NCBI GenBank assembly: GCA_017399965.1
Contig: JAFQAP010000003.1
Coordinates: forward strand, 40,028-104,027
Reading direction: 5' to 3'
Origin: Clostridia bacterium
GTDB lineage: Bacteria; Bacillota; Clostridia; Oscillospirales; CAG-382
Length of the DNA stretch: 64,000 nt
Shown: piece by piece, positions 54,338 to 63,527 of the stretch
How positions within the stretch are numbered: position 1 is the stretch's first letter
Layout: each line of letters opens with the position of its first letter
Notes under the pieces: model-generated
Told to the model about the DNA's origin: nothing
Database searches by the model: none
What the model saw: the letters and a program-made list of their open reading frames with translations, nothing else
Translations under genes and position numbers: made by a program

Positions 54338-55324
54338 ATGATCGAGATAATCGACGTTTACAAGAATTTTGGCGATAAGCAGGCGGTAAAGGGCGTTACC
54401 TTTAACGTAGAAGAAGGGGAGATAATGGGCTTCCTGGGCCCCAACGGCGCGGGAAAGACTACTACCCTTAATATACTTACCGGCTATCTTTCCGCATCCT
54501 CCGGCACCTGCCGTATCGACGGGGTGGATATACTTGAAAACCCCGTGGAAGCAAAGAGAAAGATAGGCTTCCTTCCCGAACAGCCTCCTCTTTACGTGGA
54601 TATGACGGTAAAGGAATACCTTTCCTTTGTGTACCAGCTTAAAAAATGCTCACTTCCCAAGGATGCACACCTTAAAGAGGTTTGCGAGGTCGTAAAGATA
54701 ACCGATGTATTCAACCGCAAAATAAAGAACCTTTCCAAAGGCTACCGTCAGCGTGTGGGCATTGCTCAGGCGCTTATCGGAAACCCCAAGGTGCTTATAT
54801 TTGACGAACCTACCGTCGGTCTTGACCCCAAGCAGATAATAGAGATCCGTAACCTTATCCGAGTTCTGGGTAAACAGCATACGGTTATCCTTTCCACCCA
54901 CATACTTCCCGAAGTTCAGGCGGTGTGCGACCGCATAGTTGTTATCAACAAGGGCGAAATAGTGGCAAACGAGCGCACTCAGGACCTTATCAACGCGGTA
55001 GACGGCTCCCGTAAGCTGGTTGCAAAAATTGTCGGTCCCGAAAACGACGTGCTTAAAGCGGTTAAAGCTCTTCCCGGCGTAAAATACGCAGAGGTTTTGG
55101 GCAAACGGGATACCGATTCCACCAGTTATCTTATCGAATCCGAGGATAAAATAGATATCCGCAAGCCTTTGTTTGCGCTTATAGCAAGAAACGGCTGGTA
55201 TCTTATCGGACTTGAAGGAATGGAATTAAACCTTGAGGATATCTTTATCCGTCTTACGGAAAAGAGAAAAGAAAAAGAAATACGCAAGACTGTAAAAAGA
55301 GTAAGAAAGGCAGGGGAAGAATAA
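54338..55324 (+). CDS. ABC transporter ATP-binding protein (GldA-like)
   Basis: 328 aa with Walker A GPNGAGKTT, signature LSKGYRQR and LIFDEPTVGLD. Confidence 0.9.
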   Translation: MIEIIDVYKNFGDKQAVKGVTFNVEEGEIMGFLGPNGAGKTTTLNILTGYLSASSGTCRIDGVDILENPVEAKRKIGFLPEQPPLYVDMTVKEYLSFVYQLKKCSLPKDAHLKEVCEVVKITDVFNRKIKNLSKGYRQRVGIAQALIGNPKVLIFDEPTVGLDPKQIIEIRNLIRVLGKQHTVILSTHILPEVQAVCDRIVVINKGEIVANERTQDLINAVDGSRKLVAKIVGPENDVLKAVKALPGVKYAEVLGKRDTDSTSYLIESEDKIDIRKPLFALIARNGWYLIGLEGMELNLEDIFIRLTEKRKEKEIRKTVKRVRKAGEE

Positions 55325-56031
55325 TGTGGGCTATATATTGCCGTGAGCTCCGCTCATATTTCACAACGCCGATAGGCTATGTGTTTGCGGGAATGTTCCT
55401 TGCCGTTTCCGGCGCGCTGTTCTCCGCAACAGTACTGCTTCAGGCGGACACTTCTATGATGTCTATGTACTTTTTAAGCCTGATGTTCGTTTTTGCAATA
55501 CTCATTCCCTTGCTTACAATGAAGCTTTTTGCAGACGAGCGCCGCACCAAGTCCGAGCAGATACTTCTTACCGCCCCCATTTCTCTGGGCGCAATGGTAA
55601 TTGCAAAGTTCCTTTCCGCGCTTACCGTTTTTGCCGCAGTTCTGGGCGTAAATTCCTTTAACTTCTATTTGCTTTATATATACGGCAATCCTTCTTTGTC
55701 TTATATATTCCTTAATGTGCTCACTCTGTTCCTTATCGGCGCAGCGTTTATCGCAGTGGGCGTGTTCATTTCCTCCCTTACCGAAAGCCAGCTCAACGCC
55801 GCTATCGGTTCTATGGGACTTATAGTAGTAATTCTTTTGCTGGGCGTACTTGTAAACTCCATTCCCGTTGAATGGATGCGCAGTATCATACGTTGGTTTT
55901 CCTTTATAGACAGATACGCCACCATGTCCTCCGGCATACTGGATCTCAGCGCAGTAGTATACTTTATAAGCTTTACGGCAGTATTCCTTTTCCTTACTGT
56001 CCGCGTATACGAAAAGCGCCGTTGGTCATAA
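55324..56031 (+). CDS. ABC-2 type permease (GldF-like)
   Basis: 235 aa with six TM helices. TAATG overlap with the ATPase gene. Confidence 0.8.
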   Translation: MWAIYCRELRSYFTTPIGYVFAGMFLAVSGALFSATVLLQADTSMMSMYFLSLMFVFAILIPLLTMKLFADERRTKSEQILLTAPISLGAMVIAKFLSALTVFAAVLGVNSFNFYLLYIYGNPSLSYIFLNVLTLFLIGAAFIAVGVFISSLTESQLNAAIGSMGLIVVILLLGVLVNSIPVEWMRSIIRWFSFIDRYATMSSGILDLSAVVYFISFTAVFLFLTVRVYEKRRWS

Positions 56032-56045
56032 GGAGGTAATACACA

Positions 56046-57566
56046 ATGGCAAACAACAATAAAAAGAAAATGTCCTTCGGTGAAGTGATAAAGAGCAAAA
56101 AGTTCAGATACGGTTCTCTTTCCGTAGTGTTCACCGCAGTAACTCTGGCGTTTATTATCGGTATAAACCTTATTATCACCGCCCTTAACGCAACCCACAT
56201 TTTTTCTATAGATATGACAGCGGAAGAGTTTTATTCTATCGGTGATGAAACCGTGGAATATCTTGAAGGCTTGGGCGATGATTTTGAGATCACCGTTCAC
56301 TTCTGCACCGCCCGCGACAGACTTGAAGAATACGAGCAGACGGGCTACAACTATTTCCGTATGGTACACGAAACGGTGCTTGCCTTTGCGGAAAAATTCC
56401 CCGATAATATCGAAGTTGCGTATTTCGACGTAACTACAGACCCCAAATACGTAAACGATATAAAGCATTATACCCAGACCACACTTACCGCAAGCAATAT
56501 TATCGTAGAAGGCAAATACCATACCCGTGTCCTTAATTTTGACGCATTCTTTATGGTAGCCGAATCCGATGGCTCCCTTTACGCTTACAACGGCGAATCC
56601 AGAATGGTTTCCGCTATAACACAATGCTCTATCAAGGAGCCTTATACCGTTCTGTTTACTCAGGGACACGGAGAGACCGTATCCAAAAATCTGGTTTCTC
56701 TGTTCCAGGATGCAGGCTTTGCCACACAGAGCATAGATCTTTCCTCCGCAACCGACGAGGAGCTGGAGGAAGCCTTCAAAAACGCACGTATAATGGTTAT
56801 GTGCGATCCTCAGAAGGACTTGGCGGGCTACGATAAAAACAACCCCAACAAAGACGACGAAACAGATATTATAAACAAATTTTTAGGCGGCAACCGCGCA
56901 CTTATGGTGTTTGTGGATGCTTCTACGCCCGATCTTCCCAACCTGCGTGAATATTTGAGCGAGGTTTGGGGCTTGGATTACGAGCCGAACAATATCCTTG
57001 CAGACCAGACCCATTCTCTTATGCTCAACAAGAATAATATTCTTGCCCGTCCTGCAGGAGAAACGGGCACTATCGCCGCACAGCTTCACATCTCCTTTGC
57101 AGACGATACGGATATAAAAACGGTGTTTGACGATACCGTAAAGCTGGTAACCGGCAAGGCGGCAAACGGCGCGTCCGTAGCCACCTCCTTTACCTCCTTC
57201 AACACCGCCACGGATAAAAACGGCGTTTCGGGAGAGTTCCCCATATTCAGCATATCCACCGTTATGGAATATGACGATACCAACGCCGCACAATATCAGT
57301 ACGTAACCCTTTGCGGAAGTACGGAATTTGTATCCGATGCAAGCCTTTCCGCCCAGTACGGCAACCGCGAGGTTATCGAAGCGGCGGCAAGAATGATGTC
57401 CACCGAGCGTATTTCCCCCGATATCGATTATAAGGTATTTGCGGATACAGCCCTTTCCCTTGAGACCGGCGAAGCAAAAACACTTTCCGTTATAGTTATC
57501 GCCGTAGCTCCCCTTATAATTCTGGTACTGGGTGTCGGTGTTTATATTAAGAGGAGACACCTGTAA
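56046..57566 (+). CDS. GldG-like ABC-associated protein (N- and C-terminal TM anchors)
   Basis: 506 aa. TM helices at both ends around a large extracytoplasmic domain. Position and size fit the GldG family. Confidence 0.6.
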   Translation: MANNNKKKMSFGEVIKSKKFRYGSLSVVFTAVTLAFIIGINLIITALNATHIFSIDMTAEEFYSIGDETVEYLEGLGDDFEITVHFCTARDRLEEYEQTGYNYFRMVHETVLAFAEKFPDNIEVAYFDVTTDPKYVNDIKHYTQTTLTASNIIVEGKYHTRVLNFDAFFMVAESDGSLYAYNGESRMVSAITQCSIKEPYTVLFTQGHGETVSKNLVSLFQDAGFATQSIDLSSATDEELEEAFKNARIMVMCDPQKDLAGYDKNNPNKDDETDIINKFLGGNRALMVFVDASTPDLPNLREYLSEVWGLDYEPNNILADQTHSLMLNKNNILARPAGETGTIAAQLHISFADDTDIKTVFDDTVKLVTGKAANGASVATSFTSFNTATDKNGVSGEFPIFSISTVMEYDDTNAAQYQYVTLCGSTEFVSDASLSAQYGNREVIEAAARMMSTERISPDIDYKVFADTALSLETGEAKTLSVIVIAVAPLIILVLGVGVYIKRRHL

Positions 57567-60032
57567 ATGAAGCGCAACGAAATTATTTATACAGATGCCG
57601 AAACCTTTACTCCCGAAGAGGAAAAGGATGAAGGTATAACTGCGGAAAGATCCACCTTTGCATCTGCGGGGGCGGAAAACCGTAAAGCCAAAAAAACAAC
57701 AAACAAGCAGACCGTAACGGTCGTCGTGTGCCTGCTTGTTGCCGCCGCCCTGCTTATCGGAGGATATTTTATATTCCTTCACGAACCTGCAACGGATGTG
57801 GAGGAAGATCCTTTTTATCTTCTTTCCGCAGAGGGAAAAGACGCTTTGGAGGATATCTCCGGCACCATCTCCTTTAAGGATAAAGAAGATGCACTCCTCG
57901 CAGATAAAACCGCAAGCGTGGTATATAAATTCGCCGTTAAGGTTGCGGATTGCGGCAAGATAAAGATAAAAACGGGCACGGGCAGCGAATTTTGCACCGT
58001 TTCCGCAAACGGCAACACCGTTTCCTTTAAAAAGGAAGAGTTTTTCCGCTTCCTTGAGGATGAAATTCCCTACGCTTTTGACGGGGAGAATATGTTTGTA
58101 AACTCTTTCCTTTCCCTTTGCGGCAAAGAAAAGATAGAAATTTCTCTCCGTGCCATGAACGGATACGATACCGACGGCGACGTGGTAACCACCACTGGTA
58201 AGCCCTTTATGTATCCTTCCATTACCAGAAGCGACGTTTCTTCCATTACCGTTAAAAACAAAAACACCACCTTTAAGGTTTACAGAGAAAGCAAATCTTC
58301 TTCCAATTTCTTTATCGAAGGTGCGGAGGGCGTTCAGCTCAACGCAGAAGCTTTCTCATATCTGGTGGTAAACGCCACCTATACCTGCGCGGAAGGCAAG
58401 CTTGCAAACCCCAAGGATTTCTCCCAGTACGGACTTGATGGGGACGGCTCCACCGCAAAGGTGACAGTCAAGACCAATCAAGGGGATACTCACGTGCTTA
58501 TAATAGGGGATAAGGATTCCTCCGGCGCATACAATTACGCACGCTACGAGGGCAAGCCCCACGTATATCTCCTTCTCGCTTCCGATATTGAATCCACCTT
58601 TGCCGCAGGAGGCGAAACCTTCCTTACCGCAAATCTGGTTTATTCTATTCCGGATACAAACGCTATCTATTCCATAGATAAAATGTCTATGTACTTCCGC
58701 GATCTGGACCAGACACTTACCATCCGTCTGCGCCGCGCTATGTCCGCTTCCTCCAATCTGGTGCTTTCCAATACGGAAGCAGACGTGGCAACTCTCCTTT
58801 CCGACCTTAAGCGTGCTCCCGCACCTTATTCGGACTGGACAAATCAAGCCGCGTTTATCGGCATCGGCTCCAAGGACGAAGAGGCTATACAGATAGCGAT
58901 CTCTCTTAACCGTGTTGCGGAAAACGGCAAGTACAGCATAAAGCTTCCTTTGGTAAGAGACGAAAGCAAGGGCGCATACCTGCCCGAAGATATTAAGATA
59001 TGGATATATACCGACGGTGAAAACTTCAACGAAGTAGACGCGGTTATGCCCGAAAGCTTAAGCACCCAAAAGGACGGCTCGTACGTTATCCACACCATTT
59101 CCTTTGAAAGCGAAAAGCCCATTCAGTACGTGCGTATTGATTTTGAGGGATACGATTCCAAAAAGATGCTGGTTACCGATGAGATACGTGTAATGGCAGA
59201 TAAATTGGATGCCAACCCCGCAGATGCGTTTATCGGACTCTGGATGATCACTACCGATGAATTTATCCCCGAAAACCGTAACTACGCCTACGTAAACACC
59301 ACCGCATACGTTGAATATCTTATGTCCGTATGTACCTTGGTGGGTGATGAGGTGGTCAAGTTCGGTATAGAGGAAATGGACCTTACCGAATACGGTCTCG
59401 GCAAGAACGAAAAGGGCGAAGGAACCGACCCTGCTTTGACTATCCACTACGTTTACGGCGCATACACTATGGATATCCTTCTTTCCGACCCGTTGGAGGA
59501 TGGATCCCGTTACGCCGCTTCTATGATAACCACTCTGGATTCTGACGGAGAAGAAGTTAAGTTTGTCAATCCCTATATCGCAAAGGTGCATCTTGAAACT
59601 GCGCCCTGGATGGAATGGGAACCTCTGGATTTCGTAAGCTCCTCTCTGCTGTATATGTATATTGACGACGTTAATGAAATGAAGTTCACCTATGACGGCG
59701 AAAGCTATAATTTCATTATCGGCAAGGACGAAGCAGGTATCGCACAGTCTGTAACCTGCAACGGCAAAGAAATTAATATGGACGAGTTCAGACAGTTCTA
59801 TATTAAGGTTATCAACGTATCCCGCGAGGGAGAATTTAAGCAAGGCGATGAAACGGGCAGCGAAATGCTGCGTATCAACCTTGTGAGCGAAACCAAAACA
59901 GACGAGATAGTGTTCTACCGTGTAACCTCCACCAAGGCTTACTATACCATAGACGGTGCAGGCGGTTATTACACACTCACCTACGAAGTTTCACAGCTTT
60001 TGGATAAGCTGGAAGAAATTATAGGTAAATAA
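57567..60032 (+). CDS. Large N-terminally anchored protein, DUF4340-like
   Basis: 821 aa. One TM helix (VVVCLLVAAALLIGGYFIF) followed by a beta-rich extracytoplasmic region. DUF4340 proteins typically follow gldG-like genes. The assignment is by context. Confidence 0.5.
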   Translation: MKRNEIIYTDAETFTPEEEKDEGITAERSTFASAGAENRKAKKTTNKQTVTVVVCLLVAAALLIGGYFIFLHEPATDVEEDPFYLLSAEGKDALEDISGTISFKDKEDALLADKTASVVYKFAVKVADCGKIKIKTGTGSEFCTVSANGNTVSFKKEEFFRFLEDEIPYAFDGENMFVNSFLSLCGKEKIEISLRAMNGYDTDGDVVTTTGKPFMYPSITRSDVSSITVKNKNTTFKVYRESKSSSNFFIEGAEGVQLNAEAFSYLVVNATYTCAEGKLANPKDFSQYGLDGDGSTAKVTVKTNQGDTHVLIIGDKDSSGAYNYARYEGKPHVYLLLASDIESTFAAGGETFLTANLVYSIPDTNAIYSIDKMSMYFRDLDQTLTIRLRRAMSASSNLVLSNTEADVATLLSDLKRAPAPYSDWTNQAAFIGIGSKDEEAIQIAISLNRVAENGKYSIKLPLVRDESKGAYLPEDIKIWIYTDGENFNEVDAVMPESLSTQKDGSYVIHTISFESEKPIQYVRIDFEGYDSKKMLVTDEIRVMADKLDANPADAFIGLWMITTDEFIPENRNYAYVNTTAYVEYLMSVCTLVGDEVVKFGIEEMDLTEYGLGKNEKGEGTDPALTIHYVYGAYTMDILLSDPLEDGSRYAASMITTLDSDGEEVKFVNPYIAKVHLETAPWMEWEPLDFVSSSLLYMYIDDVNEMKFTYDGESYNFIIGKDEAGIAQSVTCNGKEINMDEFRQFYIKVINVSREGEFKQGDETGSEMLRINLVSETKTDEIVFYRVTSTKAYYTIDGAGGYYTLTYEVSQLLDKLEEIIGK

Positions 60033-60034
60033 AT

Positions 60035-60745
60035 ATGAAAAAGAGTTTACTTTGTCTTGTTTTGGCTCTTTCTCTGTTGCTTTGCGCCTGCTCCGGCGCA
60101 GACGAAACGCTTATCACCCCCGTTACCCAAAGCTTTAAGGATTTCGGCACCGCAGACTACGGCTTTTCTTTAAGAATAGAGCTGGGCGGAAGAACCTGTG
60201 TCCTGCTTGCTTCCGGAAACATCTCTATGGACGAAAACTCAAAGCAAATGACGGGTGAGATAGAAGAAACCCTTATGGGCGATAATATCGGTATAATGCA
60301 GGTAGAGTGGAAAAACGGCACCATGAAAACCGACGGGATCGAAGAAAAGCTTACTTGGGAAGAGATGAGAAGCTCTCTCATATATGCACATCCTTTGGTG
60401 TTTGATTCGGAGCAGGTGAAATCCGCAGAAAAAACCACTACCATTGCAGGAACTTTGTACCGCCACTATGTTAAGGATAATTCCCAAAACAAACTGCTTT
60501 ACTCCCTGCTGGGCTCCGCTTTGCCGGAGGTTTGCGGTGTGGTAAGCGTTGTGGAGGATGAAACCGAATTTAAGGATATAGTGTGCGAATACACCTTGGA
60601 TAAAGAAGGAAACCCTGCAGGATACTCTGTTTCCTTTACCGTTATTTATCAGGATACTCCTCCGTACGTGCCCGGTGTTAACCAGGATAAGGATAAATAC
60701 ACCGTGGAAGTTGACGTGGAGTTCCGCGCAAATTATAATAACTGA
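60035..60745 (+). CDS. Hypothetical lipoprotein
   Basis: 236 aa with lipobox LLLCACSG. Starts 2 nt after the preceding stop. Confidence 0.7.
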   Translation: MKKSLLCLVLALSLLLCACSGADETLITPVTQSFKDFGTADYGFSLRIELGGRTCVLLASGNISMDENSKQMTGEIEETLMGDNIGIMQVEWKNGTMKTDGIEEKLTWEEMRSSLIYAHPLVFDSEQVKSAEKTTTIAGTLYRHYVKDNSQNKLLYSLLGSALPEVCGVVSVVEDETEFKDIVCEYTLDKEGNPAGYSVSFTVIYQDTPPYVPGVNQDKDKYTVEVDVEFRANYNN

Positions 60746-60749
60746 ATAT

Positions 60750-60845
60750 CATTTTACGGGGTGCTGTATAATATATATACGGCTGAGAATATACCCGATG
60801 AACCTGTCAGATAATACTGTTGAAGGGAGAAGACGTGTAAAAAAC
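60750..60845 (+). promoter_or_regulatory. TPP (THI-box) riboswitch aptamer
   Basis: Reads acGGGGTGC...GCTGAGA..ACCCgaTGAACCTGtcaGATAATACtgttGAAGGGA, which matches the THI-box consensus blocks. Upstream of thiT. Confidence 0.85.
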
Positions 60846-60866
60846 GTCAAAATGGTAAAAAATTAT

Positions 60867-60904
60867 CGGCTTGTTCTGCAAAAATATAGAACAAGCCGTT
60901 TTTT
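60867..60904 (+). terminator. Riboswitch expression-platform terminator
   Basis: CGGCTTGTTCT...AGAACAAGCCG stem followed by TTTTTT. Confidence 0.8.
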
Positions 60905-60977
60905 ATCGGGGTCCCCGAGAAGCCGTTAGGCTTCTTGGGGTGATTTGACGAGATAAATCCACGTCGTAATTTTAAAA

Positions 60978-61523
60978 ATGAACAAAAAACTTAAAGAACG
61001 CTTATTGATCGTTTGCGAGTGCGGTATAACCGTAGCTCTCGCTCTGGCGCTTTGTCCGCTGGAATTGGATTTCGCTTGGCTTCAGGGCGGCGGAATCGAC
61101 ATACTTATGGTGCCTCTGGTAATCCTTGCTTTGCGCCGCGGCGCAGGATGGGGTATCGCCACGGGAGCCACCTTCGGTATTTTAAAATATCTGCTTTGGT
61201 CTTCCGGCGGATACGGAATACCCTCAATTTTACTGGATTACGTTTTGGCATACGCCGCTGTTGGAACAGCAGGTTTCTTTAAAAAAGGCATCACAGGCAC
61301 AGCCGTTGCAACGGGAGTGCGCTTTATCGTGCACTTTATAAGCGGTGTAACCATATACGCTATCACAGCTTCGGAAACGGTGTACGGTATCACCACCGCT
61401 TCCCCCTTTATATACTCTATTGTATATAACGCGCCCTACGTTTTGGCAAACGGTATAATTTGCGCGGTAATAGTTGTATTGCTCGAAAAACCTATGAGCA
61501 AAATACCAAAGAATTTCAAGTAA
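60978..61523 (+). CDS. thiT: ECF transporter S component for thiamine (ThiT)
   Basis: 181 aa with six TM helices, directly downstream of the TPP riboswitch. Confidence 0.75.
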   Translation: MNKKLKERLLIVCECGITVALALALCPLELDFAWLQGGGIDILMVPLVILALRRGAGWGIATGATFGILKYLLWSSGGYGIPSILLDYVLAYAAVGTAGFFKKGITGTAVATGVRFIVHFISGVTIYAITASETVYGITTASPFIYSIVYNAPYVLANGIICAVIVVLLEKPMSKIPKNFK

Positions 61524-61544
61524 AGATTCTTTAGCAAGCAGGAT

Positions 61545-61578
61545 ACAAAAAACTCCCGAAAACATCGGGAGTTTTTTA
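61545..61578. terminator. Bidirectional rho-independent terminator
   Basis: AAAAAACTCCCGA-aaaca-TCGGGAGTTTTTT between convergent genes. Confidence 0.8.
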
Positions 61579-61616
61579 ATGATAAATGATGAATGATGAA
61601 TGAGGAATTTCTCATT

Positions 61617-62246
61617 CTATTCAGCTTTAGGTAATGACCATTTAAACCTTGCCGCAAGAAAGCGTATTACGATAATAACCACTGCGGAAACCGACATCGC
61701 CGCGGTTGCGCCCAGAGGTTTCCAAAGCAAAGCACAAAGAACTGCTCCCGCAAGGGATGCGGATGCGTATATGTGCTTTACGAATATGTAAGGCGTGTTG
61801 CCTGCCATCATATCACGGAGCAGACCGCCGCCCACACCGGTAACAACGCCCACAAACACCAGCAGAAACAGGTTTTCACCGTGTCCCGTGCCGATAGCGG
61901 TGCGTATACCCATTACCGTAAAGATGCCCAGCCCCACAGAATCGGTTATAAGCAAAAATATATCAAAAACTCTTGGATTTTTGCCTGCCAGCCTTCGTAC
62001 CGCGGGGATAAAGGTAAGTATTCCCGTGGCAACGGCAACCAGAGCGTAAACGGGGTTTCTGAACGTCATCGGCGGTGTATTGCCCAACACGATATCCCGT
62101 ATCGCCCCGCCGCCCACGGCTGTCACAACGGCGAGTATCACCACGCCGAAAATATCCATTTTCTTTTTGAGCCCGGTAATTGCGCCGGAAATGGCGAAAG
62201 CCACCGTGCCGAAAAGCTCAAAAACAAAGGCGAGCGTTTCTATCAT
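61617..62246 (-). CDS. TRIC/UPF0126 family membrane protein (YadS-like)
   Basis: 209 aa. Two UPF0126 repeats with GTVAFAISGA..G and GGG.IRD / GGGLLRD motifs. Confidence 0.8.
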   Translation of the reverse strand: MIETLAFVFELFGTVAFAISGAITGLKKKMDIFGVVILAVVTAVGGGAIRDIVLGNTPPMTFRNPVYALVAVATGILTFIPAVRRLAGKNPRVFDIFLLITDSVGLGIFTVMGIRTAIGTGHGENLFLLVFVGVVTGVGGGLLRDMMAGNTPYIFVKHIYASASLAGAVLCALLWKPLGATAAMSVSAVVIIVIRFLAARFKWSLPKAE

Positions 62247-63451
62247 TATTTGTTAAGTCCTTCAACTACCTCTGCGGTATCACGGGCGATAACCAGCTCT
62301 TCGTTGGTGGCGATAACCAGAATTTTCACCTTGCTGTCAGCAGCGGAAACGTCTGCGGGAACGGGAAGATCACGGTAGTTAAGGTTCTTGTCCTCGTCCA
62401 TCTTCACGCCCAAAAATTCCATATCCGCACAAACTTCGCTTCTTACTCTCGCGTCGTTTTCGCCGATACCAGCGGTGAAGACAAGGCAATCCAGACCGTT
62501 CATAGCAGCCGCATAAGAACCGATAAACTTCTTTATCTCGTAAGTGAGAATATCGGAAGCAAGATTTGCTCTCTCGTTGCCCTCAGCCTGCGCTTTGCGG
62601 AGGTTACGCATATCGGAGGATACGCCGGAAACGCCCAGCAGACCGCACTTTTTGTTCATCCAGTTGCCCATTTCGTTAGCGGGAATGTTCTCTGCTTCCA
62701 TAATATAGGGAACGATAGCGGGGTCGATGGCGCCGCAGCGAGAGCCCATAATAATACCGTCAAGAGGAGTAAAGCCCATGCTGGTATCCATACATTTGCC
62801 GCCTCTTACCGCGGAAATGGAAGAACCGTTACCGATATGGCAGGTGACTATCTTGCTGTCTTCCTTGCCCAGATACTCGTTTGCGATAGCGGAAACGTAT
62901 CTGTGGGAGGTGCCGTGGAAACCGTAACGGCGGATATTATATTTTTCTGCTACTTCGTATGCGATAGGATAAGTATATGCCTTGGCGGGCATAGTGGAAT
63001 GGAAAGCGGTGTCGATAACCAGCACCTGAGGAACGGTGGGCATAACCTCTTCACAGCCCTGAATACCCTCAAGATGTCCCTTGGTGTGAAGGGGAGCGAT
63101 GGTAAGACACTTGCGCAGGTCTGCCTTGGATTGCTCGGTAACCAAGGTGGGCTTGGTGAGCCAAGGACCGCCGTGCACTACGCGGTGACCTACAGCGCCG
63201 ATCATATCGATACTCTCGATACATCCTGCTTCTTTATCCACAAGCGTTTCAAGTACTTTTTTAATAGCGTCCGCGTGGGTGGGGAAGGGAGTGGGAGTGG
63301 CGGTCTTTTCTTTTCCGATCACCTGATGCTCCAGCACACCGTCGATACCGATACGGTCCGCATTACCTTTTGCCAAAAGTTTTTCGCCCTCCATATCAAA
63401 AAGCTGATACTTGAGGGAAGAGCTTCCTGCGTTTACGACAAGAATATACAT
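62246..63451 (-). CDS. ackA: Acetate kinase
   Basis: 401 aa with ILVVNAGSSSLKYQLF, HRVVHGG and GFHGTSH. TAATG overlap with the downstream gene. Confidence 0.95.
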   Translation of the reverse strand: MYILVVNAGSSSLKYQLFDMEGEKLLAKGNADRIGIDGVLEHQVIGKEKTATPTPFPTHADAIKKVLETLVDKEAGCIESIDMIGAVGHRVVHGGPWLTKPTLVTEQSKADLRKCLTIAPLHTKGHLEGIQGCEEVMPTVPQVLVIDTAFHSTMPAKAYTYPIAYEVAEKYNIRRYGFHGTSHRYVSAIANEYLGKEDSKIVTCHIGNGSSISAVRGGKCMDTSMGFTPLDGIIMGSRCGAIDPAIVPYIMEAENIPANEMGNWMNKKCGLLGVSGVSSDMRNLRKAQAEGNERANLASDILTYEIKKFIGSYAAAMNGLDCLVFTAGIGENDARVRSEVCADMEFLGVKMDEDKNLNYRDLPVPADVSAADSKVKILVIATNEELVIARDTAEVVEGLNK

Positions 63452-63468
63452 TGTTCATTTCTCCTTGC

Positions 63469-63497
63469 TTGACATTTTGATTATTTTTCATTATACT
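63469..63497 (+). promoter_or_regulatory. Promoter for tmcAL
   Basis: TTGACA (63469-63474), 17-nt spacer, TATACT (63492-63497). Confidence 0.55.
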
Positions 63498-63527
63498 ACC
63501 GTTAGAAAATAAATGCAAGGGATTTTT

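Noticed and set aside
360-61620. The possibility that the dense short repeats are CRISPR arrays.
   Set aside because: There is no alternation of a constant repeat with unique spacers of fixed length. The repeat units are 7-nt words and palindromic hairpins scattered in more than 20 loci, and no cas genes are present.
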